Of a stretch of DNA of 34,924 nt, positions 27,143 to 34,924 are shown in pieces; the stretch's first letter is position 1, and each line of letters begins with the position of its first letter. A program made the translations under genes and the position numbers. Source of the stretch: a bacterium (GTDB lineage Bacteria; Patescibacteriota; Dojkabacteria; SC72); NCBI GenBank assembly GCA_017958745.1, contig JAGDCC010000008.1:1-34924 (forward strand), written 5' to 3'. Below the pieces are notes generated by a model. It did not search any database and was not told where the DNA came from. It worked only from the letters and a program-made list of their open reading frames with translations.

Positions 27143-28315
27143 ATGGCAGACTTTGAAAGAACAAAGCCACACATGAACATTGGAACGCTTGGTCATGTGG
27201 ATCACGGTAAGACTACCTTAATCAGAGGTATCTTAAAAGCATTCCCTATGAATAATGATGTAGATAAGATGATTGATAAATTGGATAAAGATCCAAATTC
27301 AAGAGCAAAGTCTATTACCATTTCTATTGCACACGTTGAGTTCGAAACAGAGAACAGACACTATGCATTGGTAGATTGCCCAGGACATAAAGATTACATC
27401 AAAAATATGATCACTGGTGCAGCACAAATGGATGGTGCTATCTTGGTAGTATCCGCAAGCGATGGTGCAATGCCACAGACAAAAGAGCACCTCTTACTTG
27501 CAAAGCAGGTTGGTGTTCCAAGGATTGTTGTGTTCATCAATGAATTTGGTGATACAGATCCAGAAATCTTGGAATTAATCAAATCTGATGTCCAAGACTT
27601 ATTGAAGAAGTATGGATTTGATGAGAATGCTCCAATAATTGTAGGAAATGCACTCAAAGCTCAAAATGGTGAGCCAGAGGGATTAGAAGCAGCTAAGGAG
27701 TTAATGAAAGCTGTTGATGAGTATTTCCCAATGCCAGAAAGAGAAATCGACAAGCCATTCTTACTACCTGTTGAAGATGTATTCTCAATTGAAGGTAGAG
27801 GAACTGTTGTAACTGGAAGAATTGAAAGAGGAAAGGTAAAGATTGGTGATGAGGTTGATGTATTAGGAATGGGAAGAAAAGCACAAAAAACTGCTGTTAC
27901 AGGTGTAGAAATGTTCAATAAGACATTAGCAGAAGGACAAGCGGGAGATAACGTTGGAATCTTATTAAGAGGTTTCAAGAGAACAGATGTACAGAGAGGT
28001 CAGGTACTTGCTGCTCCAGGAAGTATTCAAGTACATACTGAATTCAAAGCACATGTTTATGTATTAACAAAGGAAGAAGGTGGTAGACATACACCATTCA
28101 TCTCTGGCTACAAGCCACAGTTCTATATCAAGACTGCAGATGTAACAGGTGAAGTAGTATTACCAGAAGGTACAGAAATGGTTGCACCTGGAGATAATAC
28201 AGAATTCTCCGTAAAGTTGATGGATGAAGTTGCTTTGGAGGCTGGAACATCTTTCGCTATTAGAGAAGGTGGACAGACAGTAGGTCAGGGTGTTGTAACA
28301 GAGATTATTAAGTAG
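27143..28315 (+). CDS. tuf: Elongation factor Tu (non-canonical G4 and switch I)
   Basis: [19 protein letters not shown] and DCPGH motifs with well conserved domains II/III ([44 protein letters not shown]). G4 reads NEFGD and switch I reads AKSITI. Confidence 0.9.
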   Translation: MADFERTKPHMNIGTLGHVDHGKTTLIRGILKAFPMNNDVDKMIDKLDKDPNSRAKSITISIAHVEFETENRHYALVDCPGHKDYIKNMITGAAQMDGAILVVSASDGAMPQTKEHLLLAKQVGVPRIVVFINEFGDTDPEILELIKSDVQDLLKKYGFDENAPIIVGNALKAQNGEPEGLEAAKELMKAVDEYFPMPEREIDKPFLLPVEDVFSIEGRGTVVTGRIERGKVKIGDEVDVLGMGRKAQKTAVTGVEMFNKTLAEGQAGDNVGILLRGFKRTDVQRGQVLAAPGSIQVHTEFKAHVYVLTKEEGGRHTPFISGYKPQFYIKTADVTGEVVLPEGTEMVAPGDNTEFSVKLMDEVALEAGTSFAIREGGQTVGQGVVTEIIK

Positions 28316-28324
28316 TGATTGAAG

Positions 28325-28358
28325 TAGATATGGAGGTGGAGTTCCACCTCTGTATCTA
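28325..28358 (+). terminator. 15-bp hairpin between tuf and rpsJ (terminator or attenuator; no adjacent T tract)
   Basis: tagatatggaggtgg (28325-28339) / ccacctctgtatcta (28344-28358), with two G-U pairs and loop agtt. Confidence 0.5.
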
Positions 28359-28409
28359 TAAAATATATAATTTTATTTTAAATAATTTAATTAAGCTCTT
28401 TTAAATAGA

Positions 28410-28721
28410 ATGGTTAATTCAACTACAAAGATTAGGGTCAAATTGAAAGGATATGATTCAATAGTCGTGGATAAGGCTGCAAAAAGTATTATAGAAACAT
28501 CTATAAGTACTGGTGCAAAGGTTGCAGGTCCAATACCTCTTCCAACAAAGAAAAGAAAGGTTGCTGTTGATAGATCACCATTTATTTACAAGAGCTCAAT
28601 GGAACATTTTGAAATAAATACATATAAGAGAATAATAGATATAATATATCCAACTGCCAAAACAATAGATGCTTTGCAGCATTTACAAATGCCAGCAGGA
28701 GTAGATATTGGAATACAATAA
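28410..28721 (+). CDS. rpsJ: 30S ribosomal protein S10
   Basis: IRVKLKGYD...PIPLPTKK...RSPFIYKSSMEHFE. Confidence 0.95.
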   Translation: MVNSTTKIRVKLKGYDSIVVDKAAKSIIETSISTGAKVAGPIPLPTKKRKVAVDRSPFIYKSSMEHFEINTYKRIIDIIYPTAKTIDALQHLQMPAGVDIGIQ

Positions 28722-28736
28722 TAATTAATTAAAACT

Positions 28737-29321
28737 ATGAAAGCATTAATAGGAATAAAAAAAGGAATGACAAGAGTATTCAAGGACGATAAAATTGTTC
28801 CTGTTACTGTCATAGATACAGAGGGATGCATTTTGTCTTTCTTGGAACCGAAAGGTTTTGAACTTGGAATTGGAGAAAAGAGAAATCCTTCTAAGGCAAT
28901 GGCTGGAAAATATAAAGAGGCAGGAAAGGTTCCTCATGATAGAAGATACTTTAAGGGAACATTGGATGGAGATTTGAAGATTGGAAGTGAGGTTAAAGCT
29001 AGTGAATTTAATGCAGACGATGAAGTTACAATAACTGGTGTATCTAAAGGTAAAGGATTCGCAGGTGTTGTAAAGAGATGGCATTTTGCAGGAGGTCCTA
29101 AGACACACGGTCAATCAGATAAGTGGAGGTCTCCAGGTGCAATTGGTCAAAGATCTACACCAGGAAGAGTTTACAAGGGATTACATATGGCAGGTAGAAT
29201 GGGTGGAAATACAATAACTTTGGAAGGAAGGAGGATTGTTGGTGTTAAAGATAATTTAGTAATGATTGCAGGACCATTACCAGGTGCTAATGGAGATATT
29301 ATAGCTATACATACAAAGTAA
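28737..29321 (+). CDS. rplC: 50S ribosomal protein L3
   Basis: GIKKGMTRVF, GKGFAGVVKRWHFAGGPKTHGQS. Confidence 0.95.
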   Translation: MKALIGIKKGMTRVFKDDKIVPVTVIDTEGCILSFLEPKGFELGIGEKRNPSKAMAGKYKEAGKVPHDRRYFKGTLDGDLKIGSEVKASEFNADDEVTITGVSKGKGFAGVVKRWHFAGGPKTHGQSDKWRSPGAIGQRSTPGRVYKGLHMAGRMGGNTITLEGRRIVGVKDNLVMIAGPLPGANGDIIAIHTK

Positions 29322-29325
29322 AAAT

Positions 29326-29916
29326 ATGGAAAGCATAGATGTAAAAGAATTAAAATTGAATAAGGAAGTTTGGAAAGTACCTTATAATGCAGATTTAATA
29401 GCACAGGTCATTTATATTTATAGAGCTAATGCTAGAAAGGGATCTGCTAATATCAAATCAAGAGGTGATGTTTCTGGTGGTGGTAAAAAGCCATGGAAGC
29501 AGAAGGGTACAGGAAGAGCAAGAGCAGGTTCTACAAGATCTCCGTTATGGGTACATGGAGGAGCAGCTTTTGCAACAGTAGGTGAGAGAGTCTTTGATAG
29601 AAGATTAAACAAGAAGATGGCTAGAAAAGCAGTATGTATAATGCTATCTGATAGATTGAAGGATGAGAAGTTAGCATTTGCTACATTTGGAAGTGATGCA
29701 AAGGCAGAGAGAAAGGCAGTTTTGGATAAATATAACAAATCATTGTTAGTGGTAACTGGCAATGAAGAAGCAGAGAAAATGTTGAGAAATATTGAATTTA
29801 TTAATATAATCACTCCTGAAAAAGTAAATGCAAAGCATTTATTGGAGAATAGAAATATTATAGTTGATAAAGAATCTATTAATATACTTGAAACTAGGTT
29901 AACAAATGGAAAGTAA
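29326..29916 (+). CDS. rplD: 50S ribosomal protein L4
   Basis: RGDVSGGGKKPWKQKGTGRARAGSTRSPLWVHGG. Confidence 0.95.
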   Translation: MESIDVKELKLNKEVWKVPYNADLIAQVIYIYRANARKGSANIKSRGDVSGGGKKPWKQKGTGRARAGSTRSPLWVHGGAAFATVGERVFDRRLNKKMARKAVCIMLSDRLKDEKLAFATFGSDAKAERKAVLDKYNKSLLVVTGNEEAEKMLRNIEFINIITPEKVNAKHLLENRNIIVDKESINILETRLTNGK

Positions 29917-30199
29917 TACTATTAAACTACAACCAGTAATGACAGAGAAGACTTATGCTATGGCAAACGCACAGAATAAGTATACTTTTATGGTACCTAG
30001 AGGTATTAATAATATTGAAATTGGTAAAGCAGTACAGATTAAGTATAAGGTTAAGGTTATTGATGTAAATAGAACAGTTAAGTATGGAAAGATAAGAAGA
30101 GATTACAGAACATACAAGATGAGAAGAGAACCAGATATGGTTAAAGTAATAGTTACTCTTAAAAAAGGAGATAAAATTGATGAATTTTTAAAGGCATAG
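29906..30199 (+). CDS. rplW: 50S ribosomal protein L23
   Basis: Position and the pattern PVMTEKTYAM...KYTFMV. Overlaps rplD by 11 nt. Confidence 0.9.
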   Translation: MESNTIKLQPVMTEKTYAMANAQNKYTFMVPRGINNIEIGKAVQIKYKVKVIDVNRTVKYGKIRRDYRTYKMRREPDMVKVIVTLKKGDKIDEFLKA

Positions 30200-30202
30200 A
30201 AT

Positions 30203-31054
30203 ATGGCAATAAAAAAGTTTAAACCTACAACTTCTACTAGAAGAAAGACAAGTTTGATTGATAGATCTGAATTACAGAAGGATGGAGGACCTAGAAATCT
30301 TACTGTACATAAAAAGAAGAATAGTGGAAGAAATAATCAAGGAAAGGTAACTGTAAGACACAGAGGAGGTGGCTTTAAGAGAAGATTAAGAATTGTAGAT
30401 TTTAAGAGAGATAAGTATGATATACCTGCTAAAGTTACAGGATTGTACTACGATCCAAATAGAACAGCATTCCTAGCATTGTTATTGTATGCTGATGGAG
30501 AAAGAAGATATATCGTTGCTCCACGTGGATTGAAGGTAGGAGATACAGTAGTATCAGGAGAGAAGACAGATGTATTACCAGGAAACGCAATGCAAATTAA
30601 GAATATCCCTTCTGGAACATCAGTATATTGTGTAGAAAATATGCCAGGAAGAGGTGCAAAGTATGGAAGATCTGCAGGACAGGTAATCATTGTACAAGGT
30701 ATAGATCCAACAGGAAAATTTGTGCAGGTTAAGATGCCATCTGGAGAAATCAGATTAATATTTGCAAACTGTATGGCAACAATCGGACAAGTAAGTAATG
30801 AAGATAATTTGAATGTTAAATTAGGAAAAGCAGGAAGAAAGAGAAACTTAGGATGGAGACCAGAAGTAAGAGGTATGGTTATGCATCCAGCAGAGCATCC
30901 TCATGGTGGTGGTGAAGGTAAAGGACAGACAGGTGGTAAAGCTAAGGATGTTTGGGGTCATAGAATTGGAACAAGAACAAGAAAGAATAAGAGAACAGAT
31001 GTCTTTATAATAAGGAGAAGAAGAACTAAGACAAGACAGTTCGCTAAGAAATAA
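30203..31054 (+). CDS. rplB: 50S ribosomal protein L2
   Basis: [33 protein letters not shown]. Confidence 0.97.
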   Translation: MAIKKFKPTTSTRRKTSLIDRSELQKDGGPRNLTVHKKKNSGRNNQGKVTVRHRGGGFKRRLRIVDFKRDKYDIPAKVTGLYYDPNRTAFLALLLYADGERRYIVAPRGLKVGDTVVSGEKTDVLPGNAMQIKNIPSGTSVYCVENMPGRGAKYGRSAGQVIIVQGIDPTGKFVQVKMPSGEIRLIFANCMATIGQVSNEDNLNVKLGKAGRKRNLGWRPEVRGMVMHPAEHPHGGGEGKGQTGGKAKDVWGHRIGTRTRKNKRTDVFIIRRRRTKTRQFAKK

Positions 31055-31071
31055 TTTATAGGAAAAATAAT

Positions 31072-31377
31072 ATGTCTAGATCACTAAAAAAAGGACCATA
31101 CACAAATGAAAAATTAATGGAGAAAGTAAGAAAGGAAAGAGAGTCTGGAAAGATGAGTCCTATCAAAACGTGGGCAAGATCTTCTACTATAACTCCAGAA
31201 ATGGTTGGAATGAAGTTCTTAGTCTATAACGGAAAAAAGCATGAAGAAGTGTTGGTGGTTGAGTCTATGGTAAACCATAAATTAGGTGAATTTGTTTTAA
31301 CTAGAAAATTTAAAGGCCATGCAAAGAAAGGTAAGCTTTCTAAGGTATATGGCAGTAGTGGTAGATTTGAAGCATAA
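31072..31377 (+). CDS. rpsS: 30S ribosomal protein S19
   Basis: [26 protein letters not shown]-like [16 protein letters not shown]. Confidence 0.95.
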   Translation: MSRSLKKGPYTNEKLMEKVRKERESGKMSPIKTWARSSTITPEMVGMKFLVYNGKKHEEVLVVESMVNHKLGEFVLTRKFKGHAKKGKLSKVYGSSGRFEA

Positions 31378-31382
31378 AAAAT

Positions 31383-31739
31383 ATGGAAGAAAAGAAACAA
31401 GAACAATTAGTAAAAGTGACTGTAAGAAATATTGCAGAATCTCCATTGAAATTGAGATTGGTTGCAGATGCAGTAAGAGGAAAGAATGCACAAGAGGCAT
31501 TAGATATACTCTCACTTATTAACAAGAAGGGATCTATCACAATGATAAAAGCAATTAATTCTGGAATTGCAAATGCAAAGGTATTATACGGAGTTACTGA
31601 GCCGGAGAGTTTGAAGATTAGTAAATTAACAGTAGATGCAGGAAAAACACTTAAGAGAACAGCTTTTGCTTCTAGAGGAAGAGTATCTAGAATTGATAAA
31701 AGAAGATCACATATTAATTTAGAATTAACAGTAAAGTAG
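31383..31739 (+). CDS. rplV: 50S ribosomal protein L22
   Basis: Position and the pattern PLKLRLVADAVRGKNAQEALDIL...RGRVSRIDKRRSHINLEL. Confidence 0.93.
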   Translation: MEEKKQEQLVKVTVRNIAESPLKLRLVADAVRGKNAQEALDILSLINKKGSITMIKAINSGIANAKVLYGVTEPESLKISKLTVDAGKTLKRTAFASRGRVSRIDKRRSHINLELTVK

Positions 31740-31740
31740 T

Positions 31741-32394
31741 ATGGGAAGAAAAGTAAATCCAAATGCAATAAGAATGGGTGTAAATAAAACATGGGAATCT
31801 GTTTGGTATTCTGATAAAAAGCATTTCCCAGACATGTTAGCAGAAGACTTGAAGATTAAGGAAATGGTTACAGAGGCAATGAAGGATGCTGAATTGGATA
31901 GCGTTAAGATAAACAGATCTATAAACAAGACAGAAGTAACAGCATATGTTGCTAAGCCAGGTGTTGCAATTGGAAGAGGTGGAGAAGGAATAGATTTATT
32001 ACAAAAGAAATTGAGAAGATTGTTGAAATCTAAGAATGTAGAAATGAAGGTTAAAGAAATTAAGAACTCTGATCTTTCTGCTAGAGTAGTTGCAAGAACA
32101 ATTGCAAATGGAATAGAGAGAAGACAACCATCCAAGTTGTTAGTTGCAAGTGCAAAAGAAAAGGTTATGGCAGCAGGGGCAAAGGGAGTAAGGATATGGA
32201 TTTCTGGAAGAATTAATAATGCAAGTCAAGCAAGAACAACAAAGGTAACAGCAGGATCTGTACCAGCACAAACATTAAGAGCTGATGTAGATTATGCTTT
32301 GGAAGTTGCACAAACAATTGATGCAGGACTTATGGGTGTAAAAGTATGGATATGTAAGGGAGAAAAAAATAATATAGAAACAGAAGAAGATTAA
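31741..32394 (+). CDS. rpsC: 30S ribosomal protein S3
   Basis: [14 protein letters not shown]...[14 protein letters not shown] (KH domain), [13 protein letters not shown]. Confidence 0.96.
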   Translation: MGRKVNPNAIRMGVNKTWESVWYSDKKHFPDMLAEDLKIKEMVTEAMKDAELDSVKINRSINKTEVTAYVAKPGVAIGRGGEGIDLLQKKLRRLLKSKNVEMKVKEIKNSDLSARVVARTIANGIERRQPSKLLVASAKEKVMAAGAKGVRIWISGRINNASQARTTKVTAGSVPAQTLRADVDYALEVAQTIDAGLMGVKVWICKGEKNNIETEED

Positions 32395-32414
32395 ATTATT
32401 TAGAATTAGAAACT

Positions 32415-32828
32415 ATGTTACAGCCAAAGAAAAGAAAATTTCCAAAAGAGTTTAGAGGAACGATGGGTGGAGTTGCTACAGCTAACAACAAAGTAACCTT
32501 TGGTGAATATGGCTTGAAAGCAATGGAAAATGGATGGATTAATGCAAGACAGATAGAGGCCGCAAGAAGAGCTGTTGCAGGTTATACAAAGAGAAAAGGA
32601 AAAGTATGGATAAAGATATTCCCACAGTAGTCTTACACACAAAGAGCAACAAACAGTAAGATGATGTGAGGAAAATGTGCAGTAGAGGGATATGTAGCAG
32701 TAGTGATACCAGGAACAATCATGATGGAAATAGGTGGTGTTGATGAAGCAACATCAAAAGAAGCAATGAGATTAGCATCACACAAGTTTTGTATAAAAAC
32801 TAAATTTGTAAGCAGAACAGAAATTTAA
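32415..32828 (+). pseudogene. rplP: 50S ribosomal protein L16 frame, full length and collinear but interrupted by in-frame TAG (32628-32630) and TGA (32667-32669)
   Basis: One frame reads MLQPKKRKF...[92 protein letters not shown] + TAA. It aligns without indels to the recalled B. subtilis L16 (...[70 protein letters not shown]...). Confidence 0.85.
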
Positions 32829-32837
32829 TAAATTGCT

Positions 32838-32846
32838 TGTTATAAT
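32838..32846 (+). promoter_or_regulatory. Perfect extended -10 (TGtTATAAT) in the rplP-rpsQ spacer
   Basis: tgttataat at 32838-32846, 45 nt upstream of the rpsQ ATG. Confidence 0.4.
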
Positions 32847-32890
32847 TGTAAAATATTGATAAAATACAGACCGTTACTTATTAAAAATAT

Positions 32891-33148
32891 ATGAAAAAGG
32901 AAGAAAAGAAAACAAACAAAAAAAGAGAAATAAATGGAGTGGTTATAAGTAACTCTATGAGTAAAGTTGTTAGAGTACAAGTAGATACTTTGGAATCACA
33001 TCCAGTTTATAAGAAGATTGTAAGAAGAAAGAAAGTTTTCTTTGCTAGAACAGAAAAGGATTTGAATATTGGAGATAAAGTAACAATAAGAGAAAGTAGA
33101 CCATTGTCTAAAAATGTAAGATGGATAGTTGTAGAGAAGGAGAAATAA
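32891..33148 (+). CDS. rpsQ: 30S ribosomal protein S17
   Basis: [20 protein letters not shown]...[16 protein letters not shown]. Confidence 0.93.
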   Translation: MKKEEKKTNKKREINGVVISNSMSKVVRVQVDTLESHPVYKKIVRRKKVFFARTEKDLNIGDKVTIRESRPLSKNVRWIVVEKEK

Positions 33149-33149
33149 A

Positions 33150-33521
33150 ATGATACAGAAAGAAACTCTTTTAACAGTAGCAGATAATAGTGGAGCAAAG
33201 GAAGCAAAGCTAATTGGTTTCTTAGGAAGCTCTAAGAGAAGATATGCATCTATCGGAGATGTTGTTACAGTTGCGGTACAAAAAGCAGCTCCAAATGGTG
33301 CTGTTCAAAGACATGAAGTATGTAAGGCAGTAATAGTAAGAACAAATAAGGAAATTAAGAGAAAGGATGGAACATACATAAGATTTGATGACAATGCAGC
33401 TGTTTTAATAGATCCAAAGAATAAAACTCCTAAGGGAAGTAGAATCTTTGGACCAGTAGCAAGAGAATTAAAAGATAAGGGCTTTGATAAAATTGTATCT
33501 TTAGCACCTGAAGTATTATAA
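33150..33521 (+). CDS. rplN: 50S ribosomal protein L14
   Basis: [18 protein letters not shown]...[11 protein letters not shown]...GPVARELK. Confidence 0.97.
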   Translation: MIQKETLLTVADNSGAKEAKLIGFLGSSKRRYASIGDVVTVAVQKAAPNGAVQRHEVCKAVIVRTNKEIKRKDGTYIRFDDNAAVLIDPKNKTPKGSRIFGPVARELKDKGFDKIVSLAPEVL

Positions 33522-33530
33522 GTGAAGCAT

Positions 33531-33938
33531 ATGAAAATTAAAAAAGGAGACAAAGTAAAAATTTTATATGGAAAAGAGACAGGAAAGACAGGAGTCGTTG
33601 CTGTTGTTAACCCAAAGAACAACACAGTAGTTGTAGAAGGATTAAATCTATATAAGAGACATATAAAGGGAGATGGAAGAACTAGAACATCTGAGATAAT
33701 AACAATAGAAAAGCCATTCCCTGCATCTAAGGTTATGTTTATATGTCCATTATGTGGAAAAGCAACAAGAATTAAGATGAAGAAAGATGATAAAAAGGTT
33801 GTTAGAGTATGTGCAAAATGTGGAAAAGAAATAGCAGAAGTAGAGTCAAAGAAAAAGTCTGTTAGGGAAGGAAAAAAGGTAAAAGAAGTTAAGGTAAAAA
33901 CAAATAAAAAAGAAGAAAAGAAAAATAAGACAAAGTAA
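33531..33938 (+). CDS. rplX: 50S ribosomal protein L24 with CxxC...CxxC insertion-free Zn-ribbon variant and Lys-rich tail
   Basis: MKIKKGDKVKILYGKETGKTGVV (KOW). I preferred ATG 33531 over the track GTG 33522. The cysteines are at CPLC (33744-33755) and CAKC (33810-33821). Confidence 0.9.
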   Translation: MKIKKGDKVKILYGKETGKTGVVAVVNPKNNTVVVEGLNLYKRHIKGDGRTRTSEIITIEKPFPASKVMFICPLCGKATRIKMKKDDKKVVRVCAKCGKEIAEVESKKKSVREGKKVKEVKVKTNKKEEKKNKTK

Positions 33939-33943
33939 AAATT

Positions 33944-34498
33944 ATGAATAGATTATTAGAGGAATACAACAAAACAATAAAGAAGGAGTTACAGGATGAA
34001 TTGCATTATGACAATATAATGGAAGTCCCAACCCTGAGTAAGATAGTAATAAATGTTGGAGCTGGAGAAGCTGTTGCTAATAAAGCTGCGTTGGATGAAA
34101 TAAAAGATATTATTACAAAAATATCTGGACAGAAGCCTATTGTAAACAAAGCTAAAAAGGCAGTCTCTGCTTTTAAGATTAGAGAAGGAATGGATATTGG
34201 TGTTTCTGTAACATTGAGAAAAGAGAGAATGTGGGATTTCTTTGATAAATTAGTAAATATCGTATTACCAAGAACAAAGGACTTTAGAGGATTATCTGCT
34301 GAATCTTTTGATGGAGCAGGAAATTTCTCTTTAGGAATTGATGATCACACAGTGTTTATAGAAATAGACCCAAACAATGTTACAAAGATTAGAGGATTAG
34401 AAATAACGATAGTAACTACAGCAAAGAATGATGCAGATGCTAAAGCATTATCAGATAAATTTGGATTCCCTTTTAGAAAAGATGTCAACAACAGCTAA
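33944..34498 (+). CDS. rplE: 50S ribosomal protein L5
   Basis: [54 protein letters not shown]. Confidence 0.96.
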   Translation: MNRLLEEYNKTIKKELQDELHYDNIMEVPTLSKIVINVGAGEAVANKAALDEIKDIITKISGQKPIVNKAKKAVSAFKIREGMDIGVSVTLRKERMWDFFDKLVNIVLPRTKDFRGLSAESFDGAGNFSLGIDDHTVFIEIDPNNVTKIRGLEITIVTTAKNDADAKALSDKFGFPFRKDVNNS

Positions 34499-34676
34499 AG
34501 AACACAAAGCAGAATTATTGAAGAAGAAGTCTAAATATAGCACAAGAGTCTATAACAGATGTAAGTTATGTGGAAGATCAAGAGCTTATTTAAGACATTA
34601 TGGATTATGTAGAATATGTTTTAGAAAATTGGCCAGCGAAGGAAAAATAGCTGGAGTTAAAAAATCTATTTGGTAA
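34482..34676 (+). CDS. rpsN: 30S ribosomal protein S14 type Z (Zn-binding)
   Basis: [10 protein letters not shown]...[28 protein letters not shown]...W. I chose ATG 34482 rather than the upstream in-frame ATG at 34428. Overlaps rplE by 17 nt. Confidence 0.9.
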   Translation: MSTTAKEHKAELLKKKSKYSTRVYNRCKLCGRSRAYLRHYGLCRICFRKLASEGKIAGVKKSIW

Positions 34677-34691
34677 TTTATTAATAAAAAT

Positions 34692-34924
34692 ATGAACGAT
34701 TTAATAGCAGATTTACTAGCAAGAATACAAAATGCAATAATGAGGAAGAAAGAAGATGTTGTTGTCATTAACACAAACATGAACAGAAACATCTTGGATG
34801 TTCTCAAGAAGGAGCAGATGATAGAGGATTATTCTGTATCTGAAGATGGAAGAGAAATCAATGTTGTTCTTTCATATAAGAATGGTGAACCTGTTATTAC
34901 ATCATTGAAGAGAATTAGTACATC
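34692..34924 (+). CDS. rpsH: 30S ribosomal protein S8, 3'-truncated at window edge
   Basis: MNDLIADLLARIQNAIMRKKEDVVV... Position after rpsN. Confidence 0.9.
   Translation, partial: MNDLIADLLARIQNAIMRKKEDVVVINTNMNRNILDVLKKEQMIEDYSVSEDGREINVVLSYKNGEPVITSLKRIST

Noticed and set aside
32625-32702. Three CAGTAG hexamers (32625, 32680, 32698) as possible take-off and landing sites for translational bypass of the rplP stops
   Set aside because: The second and third copies are out of the L16 frame, and each CAG is again followed by TAG. Landing there would terminate at once and would delete conserved residues.
32667-32720. Selenocysteine at the rplP TGA
   Set aside because: I could fold no SECIS-like stem-loop immediately downstream; the region holds only a direct GCAGTAG repeat. 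No L16 is known to need Sec at this loop position, and it would not explain the TAG.
34428-34481. Upstream in-frame extension of rpsN (and the GTG 33522 start of rplX)
   Set aside because: The extensions overlap the preceding ribosomal genes and add non-conserved residues. The internal ATGs give canonical S14 type Z and L24 N-termini.

Overview
AT-rich, almost fully coding bacterial chromosomal window with 38 protein genes and 1 tRNA. I found no rRNA, CRISPR array or mobile-element gene. Gene order: ychF (5' partial), initiator tRNA-Met, a DUF975 membrane protein, a membrane-anchored alpha/beta hydrolase, CIRCE-controlled groES-groEL, and an RNHCP zinc protein. Next is a minus-strand operon: SPFH/Band-7+Zn-ribbon, then two Tim44-like+Zn-ribbon proteins, then lepA. 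A plus-strand pair follows: a 601-aa membrane-anchored protein and a 1166-aa secreted protein with a ~45-Cys N-terminal module. Convergent with that pair is a self-contained 4-gene minus-strand T4SS-like module (PrgI/VirB3-like, 207-aa protein, VirB4-family ATPase, 81-aa protein). The rest is CIRCE-controlled hrcA-grpE-dnaK, two tandem paralogous membrane/coiled-coil proteins, fusA-tuf, and the S10/spc ribosomal cluster to rpsH (3' partial). Best candidate for a new system: the 12.4-kb envelope island between lepA and hrcA (7146-19512). It holds an orphan VirB3/VirB4 module with no conjugation genes, placed tail-to-tail with the giant Cys-rich exoprotein and next to a triple Zn-ribbon SPFH/Tim44 operon. 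Translation-apparatus oddities: (1) rplP is full length and collinear but carries in-frame TAG and TGA; (2) TGA is never a terminator (0 of 37 stops); (3) rpmC is missing between rplP and rpsQ; (4) EF-G (NKMN) and EF-Tu (NEFGD) have non-canonical guanine-specificity motifs; (5) L24 carries a CxxC...CxxC Zn ribbon; (6) most genes lack a Shine-Dalgarno. The overall style (small housekeeping genes, no SD, PrgI/VirB4, giant surface proteins) suggests a reduced-genome, possibly Patescibacteria/CPR-like organism. That is inference only. All family assignments come from reading the translations by eye; no searches were run.
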